Shown in pieces: positions 25,480 through 35,278 of a stretch of DNA of 64,000 nt (positions are counted from its first letter, which is position 1; every line of letters starts with the position of its first letter). The position numbers and the translations under genes are program-made. The notes beneath the pieces are model-generated. The model was not told where the DNA came from, did no database searches, and saw only the letters and a list, made by a program, of their open reading frames with translations. The DNA comes from Chlamydiota bacterium. GTDB lineage: Bacteria; Chlamydiota; Chlamydiia; Chlamydiales; 2-12-FULL-49-11. The stretch covers positions 8,926 through 72,925 of the forward strand of contig CANJWO010000002.1 of NCBI GenBank assembly GCA_947478685.1, read 5' to 3'.

Positions 25480-26779
25480 AAAAGGGTATTACCTTATGTT
25501 CTAGTTCGGCAGGAATCTCGATTTCAAGCAAAATGTCATTATCCTCATAATCAGAGAAAATCACCCTTCCCTCGCGCATCAGTTCGCTTGCTAGGATGTA
25601 ATGGCTTTGCGGTATACGGAGCTTAACCACTTTACGAAGCTTAGCAATTTCACTCAGCATCATTTCAATAAGTTCTTCAAAGCCTGTTCTGTTCGTTGCA
25701 GAAATACGAACCGTCTTCGGATATTTAAGACGGAGCTTTATCATAGTTTCGTCTGATTCACACTTATCAACTTTGTTAAACAGGGTAATTACCGGCTTAT
25801 TCTTGACGCCAATCTCTTCTAATACTTTCATTGTAGTTAGCGCCTGATCCATTGCAGATGGATGAGAGACGTCGATAACATGAAGGAGAATATCAGTAAA
25901 TGCAGCCTCTTCTAATGTGCTTCGAAACGCTGTAACAAGGGTATGCGGCAATTTACGAATAAAACCTACTGTGTCGACTAGTACAATATTCTGCTTATTT
26001 GGAAGGGTAAATTTACGTGCCGTTGGATCGAGCGTTGCAAAGAGTTTGTCTTCGACAAGTACATTTGCACCTGTGAGCGCGTTTAAGAGAGTCGATTTTC
26101 CTGCATTGGTATAACCTACAATTGCAAATGTTGGAATGTTAGTCCGAATTCTTGCTCTTCGCTCCACTTCTCTTTGAGCTTTGATCGCTTTAATCTCTTT
26201 TTCAAGGATATTGACTCTATCTTTTAAAATCCTCTTATCGATCTCAATCTGTTTTTCACCCTCACCTCTCAAAGATGCACTACCACCGCCGCCGCCGCCT
26301 GTTTTTTGACGAGACAAATGGGTCCACATCCCCTTCAGCCTCGGCATTTGGTATCTTACTTTGGCAAGCTCAATTTGGAGCATCGCCTCTTTCGTCTCAG
26401 CTCTTGAACCAAAAACTTCTAAAATAAGTTCCGTTCGATCGAGGACAGGCTTTTGCATGATTTCTTCTAAATTTTTCTGCTGATTGGGCGATATTTCATC
26501 ATCAAAAATGACCGCATCAATCCCCTCATCTTGAAGAATTTCCCCAATCTCTGCTGCCTTCCCTTTTCCAATATAGGTTGCCGCAGTATAAGCTTTAATA
26601 GGGCATGCAAAAACTTTCTTCGTTTCAAATCCATATGTTTCGGCAAGTGCCTCTAATTCCTCTAAGCACTCCATGCAATAGGATGTAGGTTTACCCGACT
26701 TGTAGACTCCGACGAGAGCAACTCTTTTTACCTCGGTTAAGTCGTATCTCTCTTGCTGATTCTCTTCAATTTCAGACAT
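25448..26779 (-). CDS. hflX: GTPase HflX
   Basis: G1 GYTNAGKSTLLNALT, G3 DTVGF, Gly-rich linker GGGGGS, HflX N-domain. Confidence 0.93.
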   Translation of the reverse strand: MSEIEENQQERYDLTEVKRVALVGVYKSGKPTSYCMECLEELEALAETYGFETKKVFACPIKAYTAATYIGKGKAAEIGEILQDEGIDAVIFDDEISPNQQKNLEEIMQKPVLDRTELILEVFGSRAETKEAMLQIELAKVRYQMPRLKGMWTHLSRQKTGGGGGGSASLRGEGEKQIEIDKRILKDRVNILEKEIKAIKAQREVERRARIRTNIPTFAIVGYTNAGKSTLLNALTGANVLVEDKLFATLDPTARKFTLPNKQNIVLVDTVGFIRKLPHTLVTAFRSTLEEAAFTDILLHVIDVSHPSAMDQALTTMKVLEEIGVKNKPVITLFNKVDKCESDETMIKLRLKYPKTVRISATNRTGFEELIEMMLSEIAKLRKVVKLRIPQSHYILASELMREGRVIFSDYEDNDILLEIEIPAELEHKVIPFYDEHPSRGEA

Positions 26780-27518
26780 TTATATTTAATCCATCATAAG
26801 CTAGTAAGACCCCTTTCGGTAAAGCCTTACTAATTGTTTCATAATCTACTTCGTGCGAAAGATGTGTTAAATAACAGCTCTTCACACTTCTAATTTTTTC
26901 TTTGAACTCACAAGCCTCTTTAATAGAAAAATGCATGCGAGAATCCTTTTCGTTAATAGCTCCAAGGACAAGAGTTTCAACCCCATCGAGCTCATCAAAT
27001 ATAGAGCTGTCATAATCCTTAATATCTGTTAGATATGCAAATTTATCGAAACGAAATCCATTTACCAATAGACCTTGTTGGCTATATGTAAAATAGATCA
27101 CATCTACTCCATCAATAGAGACTCGCCCTCGCTTCTCTTTCAAAATAGTTCTATCAAACCGGTCTAGGAGATAGTTAAATCGTGCATGAAGCACAGCATT
27201 TGTAGTCTCTGATAAAAAAAGAGGCATCAATTTATTGTGGTTTAAAAACGAATATGACCTAAGATCATTCATCCCGCCAATATGATCTTCATGAGGATGG
27301 GTAAGAAAAACTCCATTAAGCTGAGTAATCTCATACTTCAAGGCAACAAATCGGATATCTGGAGAGACATCAATAAGAAAATTTAACTCACCTACCTGCA
27401 ATAAACCTGACGCCCTTAGACGATTATTTCTAAAATCACCACTCTTGCAAACTGAGCATTTACAACCAACGACTGGAACCCCAGCAGAAGCGCCTGTACC
27501 CAAAAACAAAAATTTCAT
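26772..27518 (-). CDS. MBL-fold metallo-hydrolase (PhnP-like)
   Basis: HPHEDHIGG motif and N-terminal Cys cluster GCKCSVCKS. Confidence 0.85.
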   Translation of the reverse strand: MKFLFLGTGASAGVPVVGCKCSVCKSGDFRNNRLRASGLLQVGELNFLIDVSPDIRFVALKYEITQLNGVFLTHPHEDHIGGMNDLRSYSFLNHNKLMPLFLSETTNAVLHARFNYLLDRFDRTILKEKRGRVSIDGVDVIYFTYSQQGLLVNGFRFDKFAYLTDIKDYDSSIFDELDGVETLVLGAINEKDSRMHFSIKEACEFKEKIRSVKSCYLTHLSHEVDYETISKALPKGVLLAYDGLNINV

Positions 27519-27522
27519 AGAA

Positions 27523-28413
27523 TCATATTACCATATCCGCTAAATGGCGTCCATAATATGCATGATAGAGAAGTCCTCTTGACCCAAGTCCAGTAAATAC
27601 AAAAGCTTTCTCACTCATACGCTCCACAATAGGCAAGTACCCCTCTTTGACACAAGCTCTTACCCCAGAAAAACACTCTTCAAAAACAAACTCGTCTTGA
27701 TTTAAAAAAAAAGCATCCATTTTAGACTGCAAATCTCTAATAGCAACGACTTGATCTGGTTTACTAGAAGAAAAATGATGCTCATAAGTCGAACCAAGCT
27801 GCACCCTACCATCCTTAAATGGCGATAGATGACCCCGAGCTTTCATGATAGTCCGCTCCAAAGACTTATTAAATTTCCCGATAAGAACTTGCCCTTTAAC
27901 AAAACTCAACGGAAGATCAAATCCTAAATCGCCTGTTCCTGAACCACAAGCAAATATGATCCTATCAAACTCTTTCAATTCATCTTCAGATGAAATCCTC
28001 CGTTTCACAAGCTCAACATCACTAAAAGATGCATACAAGGCATTCACATACTCTCGCATTAAGACAGTCATCCCAGACTTGATGAGAATCCCCCCTTCCA
28101 CATTTTCTAAATCGGGATACCACAGGGTTGGATTCCAATCTGTCCGCAAAATCCCACTTCTGTCAGCAAGTCTTTTCCCGGATGTACTTTCTGCCACATC
28201 GATTAACTCTCTTGTCACAGACATAGCCTCATCAGCAAATTTTGATGGCTTTCCACTTCTTCCTAAATAGGGATGACAAAGGCCAATAGGAATCCCCGAA
28301 GCGCCACCACCAACTCCCAGCTCATCAAACAGAGTGACCGAGCACCCTTTTTTAATCAGAAAATAGGTTGCCCCAAGACCAGCTAACCCGGCTCCTACAA
28401 CTGCGACGCGCAC
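27523..28413 (-). CDS. FAD-dependent oxidoreductase
   Basis: Rossmann dinucleotide motif VAVVGAGLAGLGATYFL...LFDE at the N-terminus. Confidence 0.8.
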   Translation of the reverse strand: MRVAVVGAGLAGLGATYFLIKKGCSVTLFDELGVGGGASGIPIGLCHPYLGRSGKPSKFADEAMSVTRELIDVAESTSGKRLADRSGILRTDWNPTLWYPDLENVEGGILIKSGMTVLMREYVNALYASFSDVELVKRRISSEDELKEFDRIIFACGSGTGDLGFDLPLSFVKGQVLIGKFNKSLERTIMKARGHLSPFKDGRVQLGSTYEHHFSSSKPDQVVAIRDLQSKMDAFFLNQDEFVFEECFSGVRACVKEGYLPIVERMSEKAFVFTGLGSRGLLYHAYYGRHLADMVI

Positions 28414-29261
28414 TCTTCACCTGGAACCCTTTCTTTACTGCGAGTTCTTCTTGAAAAGAGCCCAAAGCTCTCCGTAGCAAAGTTAAAGAAGAAGACAACA
28501 AAAGGGGTAAGCAAAAGAGAAAAAGGGATCATGATAAAAAACCATTGCAAAGACACGCCCAAAACTGCTTTGGCAGTGACATAACCAAGACCTGTCAAAT
28601 AGGCTGCGAGCGTCAAAAAACCGACGCAAACAAGGACCGGCGCTAACCCAATTAGCAATAATATAATGTTTGAAAAAGGGCTAATCTTCAATCTGTCCAA
28701 AATCTCTTCTGCAATATAAAATTGGACCTGCTTTTTTAATGCAATGTGGGGAGTCGCATAAAATAACACAAGCAGACTAAATAGACCCAAAAGGAGCGAT
28801 GCAAGCACTAGTAGAAACGGCCCAAATGATAACAAAATACCAATCCCCTCACCAATCATAGGGAGCGACTTCAAGAGATAAAAAATCCCCATAAGCGTCC
28901 ATAACAATAAATAACCCAAGGCCATTGGCAAAGATAGATAGGCTGCCCCCATAAAAACTTCAAAAGAATCTATCAATAACTTCCGAAACTGAATGCTATT
29001 CCCCTTCACCTCATGATAGTAGATCCGGCTCAATAAAACACCCGTCCCGAGTAAGACCCCTGTACACAAAAATACCGGCAAAAATGACAAACTCATCATC
29101 ACCCATGGTCCCGCAGCAAACGATAACGTCTTACAAAAAACGACCAAAACTCCACAAGCAAGCAAACTCGCAAACACAAGCAAAAATTTCTTCTTGGAAA
29201 ATGCAAACCGCCACGAGCGATTAAAGATCTCTTCTACTTCCTGAAAGGTCACAAATCCCAC
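28395..29261 (-). CDS. Polytopic membrane protein, unknown function
   Basis: 288-aa ORF with about 7 hydrophobic segments. Overlaps the downstream gene by 19 nt. Confidence 0.6.
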   Translation of the reverse strand: MGFVTFQEVEEIFNRSWRFAFSKKKFLLVFASLLACGVLVVFCKTLSFAAGPWVMMSLSFLPVFLCTGVLLGTGVLLSRIYYHEVKGNSIQFRKLLIDSFEVFMGAAYLSLPMALGYLLLWTLMGIFYLLKSLPMIGEGIGILLSFGPFLLVLASLLLGLFSLLVLFYATPHIALKKQVQFYIAEEILDRLKISPFSNIILLLIGLAPVLVCVGFLTLAAYLTGLGYVTAKAVLGVSLQWFFIMIPFSLLLTPFVVFFFNFATESFGLFSRRTRSKERVPGEECASQL

Positions 29262-29391
29262 CTATTTACCTTCCAAAAAGATTATTCCAATCCCCCATTA
29301 CAAACAATAAATTTTTAGAAGCATTTTATATCAAAGTAAATTATTGTGGTTTTTGAATCCACAACAGCCTTAATTTTAACCTATTAAGATT

Positions 29392-29453
29392 GACTAATTT
29401 ACGACATATCGTATTTTAGTCGCAACTAAAATACGATATGTCGTAAATTAGTC
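29392..29453. repeat. Perfect palindrome: 29-bp arms with a 4-nt spacer
   Basis: The left arm gactaatttacgacatatcgtattttagt (29392-29420) is followed by cgca. The right arm actaaaatacgatatgtcgtaaattagtc (29425-29453) is its exact reverse complement. It ends 2 nt before the ATG at 29456. Confidence 0.95.
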
Positions 29454-29455
29454 GT

Positions 29456-30661
29456 ATGAAGAGGATCTATCTGGAACTCCTTGCTAAACACCTTTCCGAG
29501 TTTCGGCAAATGGCCTTTTTAATGGGCCCACGCCAGGCGGGCAAAACTACTGTTAGTCTTGCAGCCGCAGGAGAGTGGTCAAAACATTTCTATTTTAACT
29601 GGGATAATGCTCAGGAAAAGCTCCTTTTTATCGAAGGGCCCACTGCTATTGCTAAACAGGCCGGGTTAGATGTGCTGATGACGGAAAGTCCGGTACTCAT
29701 TTTTGATGAAATCCATAAATTTGGAAAGTGGAAAAACTTTTTGAAAGGTTTTTTTGATCTTTATGAAAAAAGAACCAAAATTATTGTAACAGGGAGCGCT
29801 CGCCTAAATATCTACAAAAAAGGGGGCGACAGCTTGATGGGGCGTTATTTTTATTATCGTCTTCACCCTTTATCTGTTGCAGAAATTGTTAGTCCAACAC
29901 TTATTGAAGAAGAAATCAGATCTCCCTCACCGATAAGCGTAAGTGATTGGGAAGCTCTTTTGGAGCACGGAGGATTCCCTGAACCATTCATTCAAAGATC
30001 TAAGTCATTTTCTCTCCGGCTGAAAAATCTCCGCAAAGACCAACTTTTTCGAGAGGACATTAGAGATGGAACTAAAATTCAAGAAATAGCCGAGCTTGAA
30101 CTGTTAGCTGAATGTCTCCGGAGACAGGCAGCTGAATCACTAACATATCACTCTCTTGCTACTAAAATCAGAGTATCTACAGATACCGTTAGAAGGTGGA
30201 TTGAGATTTTAAAATCTTTCTATTATTGCTTCACCATCCAACCTTGGTCGAAAAACGTTACAAGATCACTCATCAAAGAACCTAAGCTTTATCTATGGGA
30301 TTGGTCATTAATAGATGATGAGGGACATCGAAATGAAAATATTGTAGCAAGTCACTTGTTAAAAGCGACCCATTTCTGGAGCGACAGAGGTTTAGGAGAC
30401 TATGGACTCTATTATTTACGTACCAAAGACCAACTTGAGACCGATTTTCTTGTTACAAAAAATGATAAACCATGGTTTCTTGTTGAAGTGAAAACTAAAG
30501 CCAAAGGTCTCTCCCCTGCCCTCTATCACTTTCAAAAAGAACTTGGGGCTCCCCACGCTTTCCAAGTCGCCTTCGACCTCCCCTTTATAAACAAAAATTG
30601 CTTCGAGGAATCAGGTCCTATCTTAGTTCCTGCTCAAACATTTCTCTCACAACTTGTCTAA
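29456..30661 (+). CDS. AAA_14/DUF4143-type ATPase with a C-terminal PD-(D/E)xK-like nuclease motif
   Basis: Walker A GPRQAGKTT, Walker B VLIFDEIHK, C-terminal ETDFLV...PWFLVEVKTK. Confidence 0.85.
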   Translation: MKRIYLELLAKHLSEFRQMAFLMGPRQAGKTTVSLAAAGEWSKHFYFNWDNAQEKLLFIEGPTAIAKQAGLDVLMTESPVLIFDEIHKFGKWKNFLKGFFDLYEKRTKIIVTGSARLNIYKKGGDSLMGRYFYYRLHPLSVAEIVSPTLIEEEIRSPSPISVSDWEALLEHGGFPEPFIQRSKSFSLRLKNLRKDQLFREDIRDGTKIQEIAELELLAECLRRQAAESLTYHSLATKIRVSTDTVRRWIEILKSFYYCFTIQPWSKNVTRSLIKEPKLYLWDWSLIDDEGHRNENIVASHLLKATHFWSDRGLGDYGLYYLRTKDQLETDFLVTKNDKPWFLVEVKTKAKGLSPALYHFQKELGAPHAFQVAFDLPFINKNCFEESGPILVPAQTFLSQLV

Positions 30662-30662
30662 T

Positions 30663-31823
30663 TTATGCAGACTTATAGAGATACTTAGGACGGATAATGG
30701 GAGTTCCTTTTCCGCCACGGGCTTCGCAGCGCTCATAGACGATTTGGCGGGCGATGCCGACAATGCGGGAGAGTCCAAAGAGGACGGTGAAGTAGTCGGG
30801 GTAGGGAAAGCCGGCTGCGGAGAGGACTGAGCCTGACATGAGGTCGACGTTTGCGTAGGGATCTTGTATTTTCGGGTTTTCGGAGAGGACTTTCGGGGCA
30901 CGTTCCCGCAAGAGAAGTCCTATTCTAACGAGTGGATGGTTCGGAAAGTATTTTTCACCAGCTTCACAGAGGAGGGTTGCTCTTGTGTCCTCTTTTCTTA
31001 GGACGGCATGTCCAAAGCCGTAGAGAAGTTTTCCAGCATCGAGGCGTTTTCTTATTAGGGCCTCCATTTGATCGCCTGTAACTTTATCTCCGACCTCTTT
31101 ATGAATCTCTTGCAAGAAAGCTAGACAGACTTGATTGGCCTTACCGTGAAGTGGGCCTTCTAATGCGCACATACTTGCAGCAAGGGAGCCATACATATCT
31201 TCATGACCTGATGCGACCGCTTTCCCAACAAATGTTGAAAGGTTGCCACCTCCGTGATCGTAATGGAGAACATTAAATAGGCGCATCACTTCGTTGAACA
31301 CTTTTTTGTCTTGGACATTGGGAGTTCTTAGCATGTGACAAAAGTTTTCCATGTATCCAAGCTTTGGATTCGATGGTGGTGTCTCCCCCCAACCCGCATG
31401 GTAATTAATTAAAATGGCGACAACCTCGGGGATCTTTGCAATCACATTGAGGCAGTCTTCAGGATATTTATTCTCGGCTTCAAATGGAGACATGATCGTA
31501 AGTGCCGCTATCAACAGCTTCATCGGGTGGCTCTCTCTCGGCAATTTACAAATGTGCTCTTTTACTTTCGGATGAAGGGGTGCCCGTTTTTCTAGCTCCC
31601 CGCAAAATGTTTTAAATCCGGGAGAACTATTTTCTAACTTCCCCTCCATAATGCAATACATAACCTCCTCAGGCTTAAAATGAGCAAACTCTCTAACAGC
31701 TTTTCCGCGGTAGTGAAGTCCGAGTTCGGGATCAACTTTCGATGTTGTACAATAACCCACAGGAAATCCGCGAAGACCCGATTCTAATGCCTCTTCGGTA
31801 ATTTCAAAGATAACTTTGGTCAT
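30663..31823 (-). CDS. gltA: Citrate synthase family enzyme
   Basis: [14 protein letters not shown] and [11 protein letters not shown] catalytic blocks. ATGA overlap with the mdh stop. Confidence 0.9.
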   Translation of the reverse strand: MTKVIFEITEEALESGLRGFPVGYCTTSKVDPELGLHYRGKAVREFAHFKPEEVMYCIMEGKLENSSPGFKTFCGELEKRAPLHPKVKEHICKLPRESHPMKLLIAALTIMSPFEAENKYPEDCLNVIAKIPEVVAILINYHAGWGETPPSNPKLGYMENFCHMLRTPNVQDKKVFNEVMRLFNVLHYDHGGGNLSTFVGKAVASGHEDMYGSLAASMCALEGPLHGKANQVCLAFLQEIHKEVGDKVTGDQMEALIRKRLDAGKLLYGFGHAVLRKEDTRATLLCEAGEKYFPNHPLVRIGLLLRERAPKVLSENPKIQDPYANVDLMSGSVLSAAGFPYPDYFTVLFGLSRIVGIARQIVYERCEARGGKGTPIIRPKYLYKSA

Positions 31824-32764
31824 AGATATTGCCTCACCGCTTCTCTCTCTTCGAGAAGCTCTTTTTCTGTAATTTTCACTTGCTCTTCTAAAAATGAATC
31901 AATTTTTAGACCAAGTACAATCTTCTGATCTTTTAAGGCAGCGCCAAAAAAAAGATCTCTCTCTGCATTATAAATGCCTGCACAAAAAAGATCATCTTTA
32001 GGTGTAGGCAAAATCCAATCTTGTATTGTCTGAATAGCTGCATTTGCTGCCGACGCTGAGGATGACAATCCTCTAGCCTCAATGATTTGAGCTCCACGCT
32101 TTTTCACTGTCGTCATAAATTCACCTTGAAGCCAAGTCTTATCCTTAATTACATCTTCCACCTTTCTTCCCTGAATTGTCGCATTATTATAATCGGGAAC
32201 CATTGTAGGTGAATGATTTCCATACACAGCAACAGATTTTACATCCCTTGCAAGAACACCTGCCTTTTTAGCAAGCTGTATGATCGCCCTATTTTGATCA
32301 AGCCTCATCATTGAACGGATATTTTCTTTTGGAAGATCTTTGGCATTATGAGCTAAAACTAAAGCATTTGTGTTAGCAGGATTACCTACGACGAGAACCT
32401 TTACATCTTTCCGATTCAGAGCTTTGCCCTGATCTACGAAGATTTTAGCATTGTCAGCTAGCAAGTCCTTTCGCTCCATTCCCTTGCCCCTTGGTTTTGC
32501 CCCAACCAAAATAGCCCACTCAGCCCCTTCAAACACTTTCATAGGATCACTTCCAGTCACAATCCCCTCTAATAAAGGGAAGGCGCAATCATCAAGCTCC
32601 ATTTCAACTCCTTTCAAGGAAGTCAAAGCCTGCGGAATCTCAAGTAGATGAAGAATAATGGGTTGATCCTTGCCAAACATGTCACCCGCCGCAATCCGAT
32701 AGATCAAACTATACCCTATTTGACCCGCCGCTCCCGAAACTGCAACTCTAATAGGCGCCCTCAT
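31820..32764 (-). CDS. mdh: Malate dehydrogenase
   Basis: [17 protein letters not shown] motif, [10 protein letters not shown], and the substrate Arg in MMRLDQNRA. Confidence 0.93.
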   Translation of the reverse strand: MRAPIRVAVSGAAGQIGYSLIYRIAAGDMFGKDQPIILHLLEIPQALTSLKGVEMELDDCAFPLLEGIVTGSDPMKVFEGAEWAILVGAKPRGKGMERKDLLADNAKIFVDQGKALNRKDVKVLVVGNPANTNALVLAHNAKDLPKENIRSMMRLDQNRAIIQLAKKAGVLARDVKSVAVYGNHSPTMVPDYNNATIQGRKVEDVIKDKTWLQGEFMTTVKKRGAQIIEARGLSSSASAANAAIQTIQDWILPTPKDDLFCAGIYNAERDLFFGAALKDQKIVLGLKIDSFLEEQVKITEKELLEEREAVRQYL

Positions 32765-32812
32765 ACCATCCCTTCCCTTTTAAAGCCGACTATGGTAAAA
32801 ATAGACCTTATT

Positions 32813-33652
32813 ATGCAAAAGAAAAAGTACTTATTAAAGATCACCTGCCTAGATAAGGCGGGCATTGTATCCGAGTTATCTACGGCTATTTTCCATTTGG
32901 GCGGATTTATCACTACCTTTGATCAGTTTAGCGATCCTGATACAAAAGAATTTTTTATGCGGTGCGTTTTTGAAACTGACAGAACAATTACGAATGAGCT
33001 TGAGCACTCTTTTAAAAAATTTAACATTAAGTGGGAGCTTAGGAATTTAGAAAATAAACCTAAACTACTGATTCTCTGTTCAAAAGAGCGCCACTGCCTA
33101 AATGACTTACTCAATAAGCAGAAAACAGGCCTGCTTGCAGCTGAGATTAGAGCAATTGTCTCTAATCACAATCTATTGGAGGAAATGGCTGGTTGGTACA
33201 ATCTCCCTTACCACTATCTCCCCATTACTAAAGAGACAAAGCAGGCACAAGAAGCTCAAATTAAGGATCTTGTTTCTGAATATGAGATCGACTACATCGT
33301 CTTAGCTCGTTATATGCAAATCCTCTCGCCTGAGTTTTGCGAGGCTTATCCGGGAAAAATCATCAATATTCATCACTCGTTCCTCCCCTCTTTTAAGGGG
33401 GCAAACCCCTACCTTCAGGCCTATGAACGGGGGGTAAAAGTAATTGGAGCGACCGCCCATTTTGTTACCCCGAATCTAGACGAAGGTCCGATCATCCATC
33501 AAGAGACAATTTCTGTCGACCACTCTTACACAGCTCAGGAGTTAGCGCGAAACGGCTCTGATGTTGAGGCTGTGGTCCTCTCCAAAGCAGTCAAGTATGT
33601 AGTTGACGGCAAGGTGTTTATAGACAAGCACAAAACCGTTGTCTTTAAATAG
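32813..33652 (+). CDS. purU: Formyltetrahydrofolate deformylase
   Basis: N-terminal ACT domain (LLKITCLDKAGIVSEL) and IINIHHSFLPSFKGANPY. Start set at Met 32813, giving about 280 aa. Confidence 0.9.
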   Translation: MQKKKYLLKITCLDKAGIVSELSTAIFHLGGFITTFDQFSDPDTKEFFMRCVFETDRTITNELEHSFKKFNIKWELRNLENKPKLLILCSKERHCLNDLLNKQKTGLLAAEIRAIVSNHNLLEEMAGWYNLPYHYLPITKETKQAQEAQIKDLVSEYEIDYIVLARYMQILSPEFCEAYPGKIINIHHSFLPSFKGANPYLQAYERGVKVIGATAHFVTPNLDEGPIIHQETISVDHSYTAQELARNGSDVEAVVLSKAVKYVVDGKVFIDKHKTVVFK

Positions 33653-33674
33653 TCTCTTCCCGTTAATCAAAATT

Positions 33675-34181
33675 ATGAAGATCAGTAAGACCCCTAAAGA
33701 ATCCCATGTGGATGACTATGTTTATAAAATCTTCCCCAATGATCTTAATTCTCAAGGGACTGCCTTTGGCGGTACGATTACTGCTCTGCTTGATCGAATC
33801 GCCCTCGTTGTGGCAGAAAGGCATAGCGCAAAAGTGTGCGTCACAGCCTCTATCGATGCAGTTCACTTTCTTGCTGCAGCTAAAAAAGGGGACAACTTAA
33901 TTATTCAAGCCAAAATCAATCGATCGTGGACCTCATCAATGGAAATCGGCCTGAGAGTCAAAGCTGAAAATGCTTTTTCAGGAGAGTGCCACCACATCCT
34001 CTCCGCTTACTTCACCTTTGTCGCCCTAGATGAAAGTGGCAAACCAACCCCCGTCCCCTCCGTCCTTCCCGAAACTACTGACGAAAAACGTCGCTTCGAA
34101 GAGGCGGGCCACCGCCGCACCCGCCGCATCAGAGCCGCCAAGGAGCAAGACGAATTCCGCAAGTCTTTTCCATCCAAATAA
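33675..34181 (+). CDS. Acyl-CoA thioesterase (hotdog fold, YciA-like)
   Basis: IFPNDLNSQGTAFGG and VTASIDAVHFL blocks. Confidence 0.8.
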   Translation: MKISKTPKESHVDDYVYKIFPNDLNSQGTAFGGTITALLDRIALVVAERHSAKVCVTASIDAVHFLAAAKKGDNLIIQAKINRSWTSSMEIGLRVKAENAFSGECHHILSAYFTFVALDESGKPTPVPSVLPETTDEKRRFEEAGHRRTRRIRAAKEQDEFRKSFPSK

Positions 34182-34255
34182 ATAAATTATATTATTCCAA
34201 TTAATTCGACTCTATGCAGCCTATAGATTATATAAACATTTTTTAGGAGGTAATT

Positions 34256-34558
34256 ATGAGCGCACCAGCAGGCGGAGCAGGAGCAGGCGGAAGACCATTT
34301 GAAATCGAAATACATATTGGCGAAGAAATTAAATATGCTGATGTAAATCCGAGCACTATTCAATCAGCCCAGCATTTAATGAATCAAGTTAAAGCATGGA
34401 TAGAAGCCAATCCGGATAATGCTGGATTGATAAATGTTATGATGAAAGGGACAAGTCTCGATGACGATCGTATAGAATCAATACCTAAACCAATGAAACC
34501 CAATGATCTGATCCCTTCCCTTGCTCGAGTATTTGTCCAAATTACCCCTCGCAGCTAA
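34256..34558 (+). CDS. Hypothetical small protein
   Basis: Strong RBS aggagg 6 nt upstream. Gly/Ala-rich N-terminus. No motifs. Confidence 0.45.
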   Translation: MSAPAGGAGAGGRPFEIEIHIGEEIKYADVNPSTIQSAQHLMNQVKAWIEANPDNAGLINVMMKGTSLDDDRIESIPKPMKPNDLIPSLARVFVQITPRS

Positions 34559-34630
34559 GAGTAAGCATATCTCGTAAATATATCGAGGTGGCACCAAAAG
34601 GGGCGATCCTGTAAAATCGCGCTCATTCTT

Positions 34631-35275
34631 ATGAATGAGTGCATCTTTTTTACACATATTTTACTTCTGTTTGGGGCGGTTGCCCTAGCGAAGAGATTTG
34701 GCAAGGAGGCTTTAGCTGTAATTATTTCTTTACAGGTGGTCCTCGCAAATCTGTTTGTAACAAAGCAGATTACCCTATTTGGGCTCGATGTGACCGCAAC
34801 AGATGCGTATATGATTGGATCGCTTGTCGGGATGAATGTATTGCAGGAATATTTTGGAAAGGATGAGGCAAAAAAAGTATTATCAATTAACACCTTTATC
34901 CTTGTCTTTTTCATGCTTGTTTCAGTCATACAGATCGCTTATAAACCCTCTCTATATGACTCCTTTCACCCCTCATTTTTCACTATTTTATCGGTAAGTC
35001 CAAGAATTTTTCTATCGTCTATTATAACCTTTTTTATTTCACAGAAACTAGATGTTGAACTATTTGGGCTATTTAGAAAGAGGCTTGCCCTACCTATTGC
35101 AATGATATTTTCTCTTGCGATCTCTCAAGGAGCCGACACTATTTTATTCTCCTACCTCGCCCTTTATGGAATTGTCCACTCTCTTTTTTCAATCATTATC
35201 ATGAGCTATGCAATCAAGCTGATTACCCTCTTTAGCATGGCACCACTAACAGCTCTCATTAAGAAGGCTAAATAA
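34631..35275 (+). CDS. yhhQ: YhhQ/DUF165-family queuosine-precursor or queuine transporter
   Basis: 6-TM protein with family-like blocks NVLQEYFGKDEAKKV, SQKLDVELF and SQGADTILF. Lies 3 nt upstream of tgt. Confidence 0.75.
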   Translation: MNECIFFTHILLLFGAVALAKRFGKEALAVIISLQVVLANLFVTKQITLFGLDVTATDAYMIGSLVGMNVLQEYFGKDEAKKVLSINTFILVFFMLVSVIQIAYKPSLYDSFHPSFFTILSVSPRIFLSSIITFFISQKLDVELFGLFRKRLALPIAMIFSLAISQGADTILFSYLALYGIVHSLFSIIIMSYAIKLITLFSMAPLTALIKKAK

Positions 35276-35278
35276 AAT

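Noticed and set aside
30647-30901. 84-aa Pro/Ser/Thr-rich ORF on the minus strand
   Set aside because: It is an alternative frame of the GC-rich 3' end of citrate synthase. Its composition is what a C-rich coding strand gives out of frame.
34559-34630. Possible preQ1 riboswitch upstream of yhhQ-tgt
   Set aside because: I looked for the short hairpin plus A-rich tail of preQ1-I. The spacer has a hairpin (ctcg...cgag) followed by caccaaaagggg, but it does not match the consensus I recall. Infernal would be needed to settle this.
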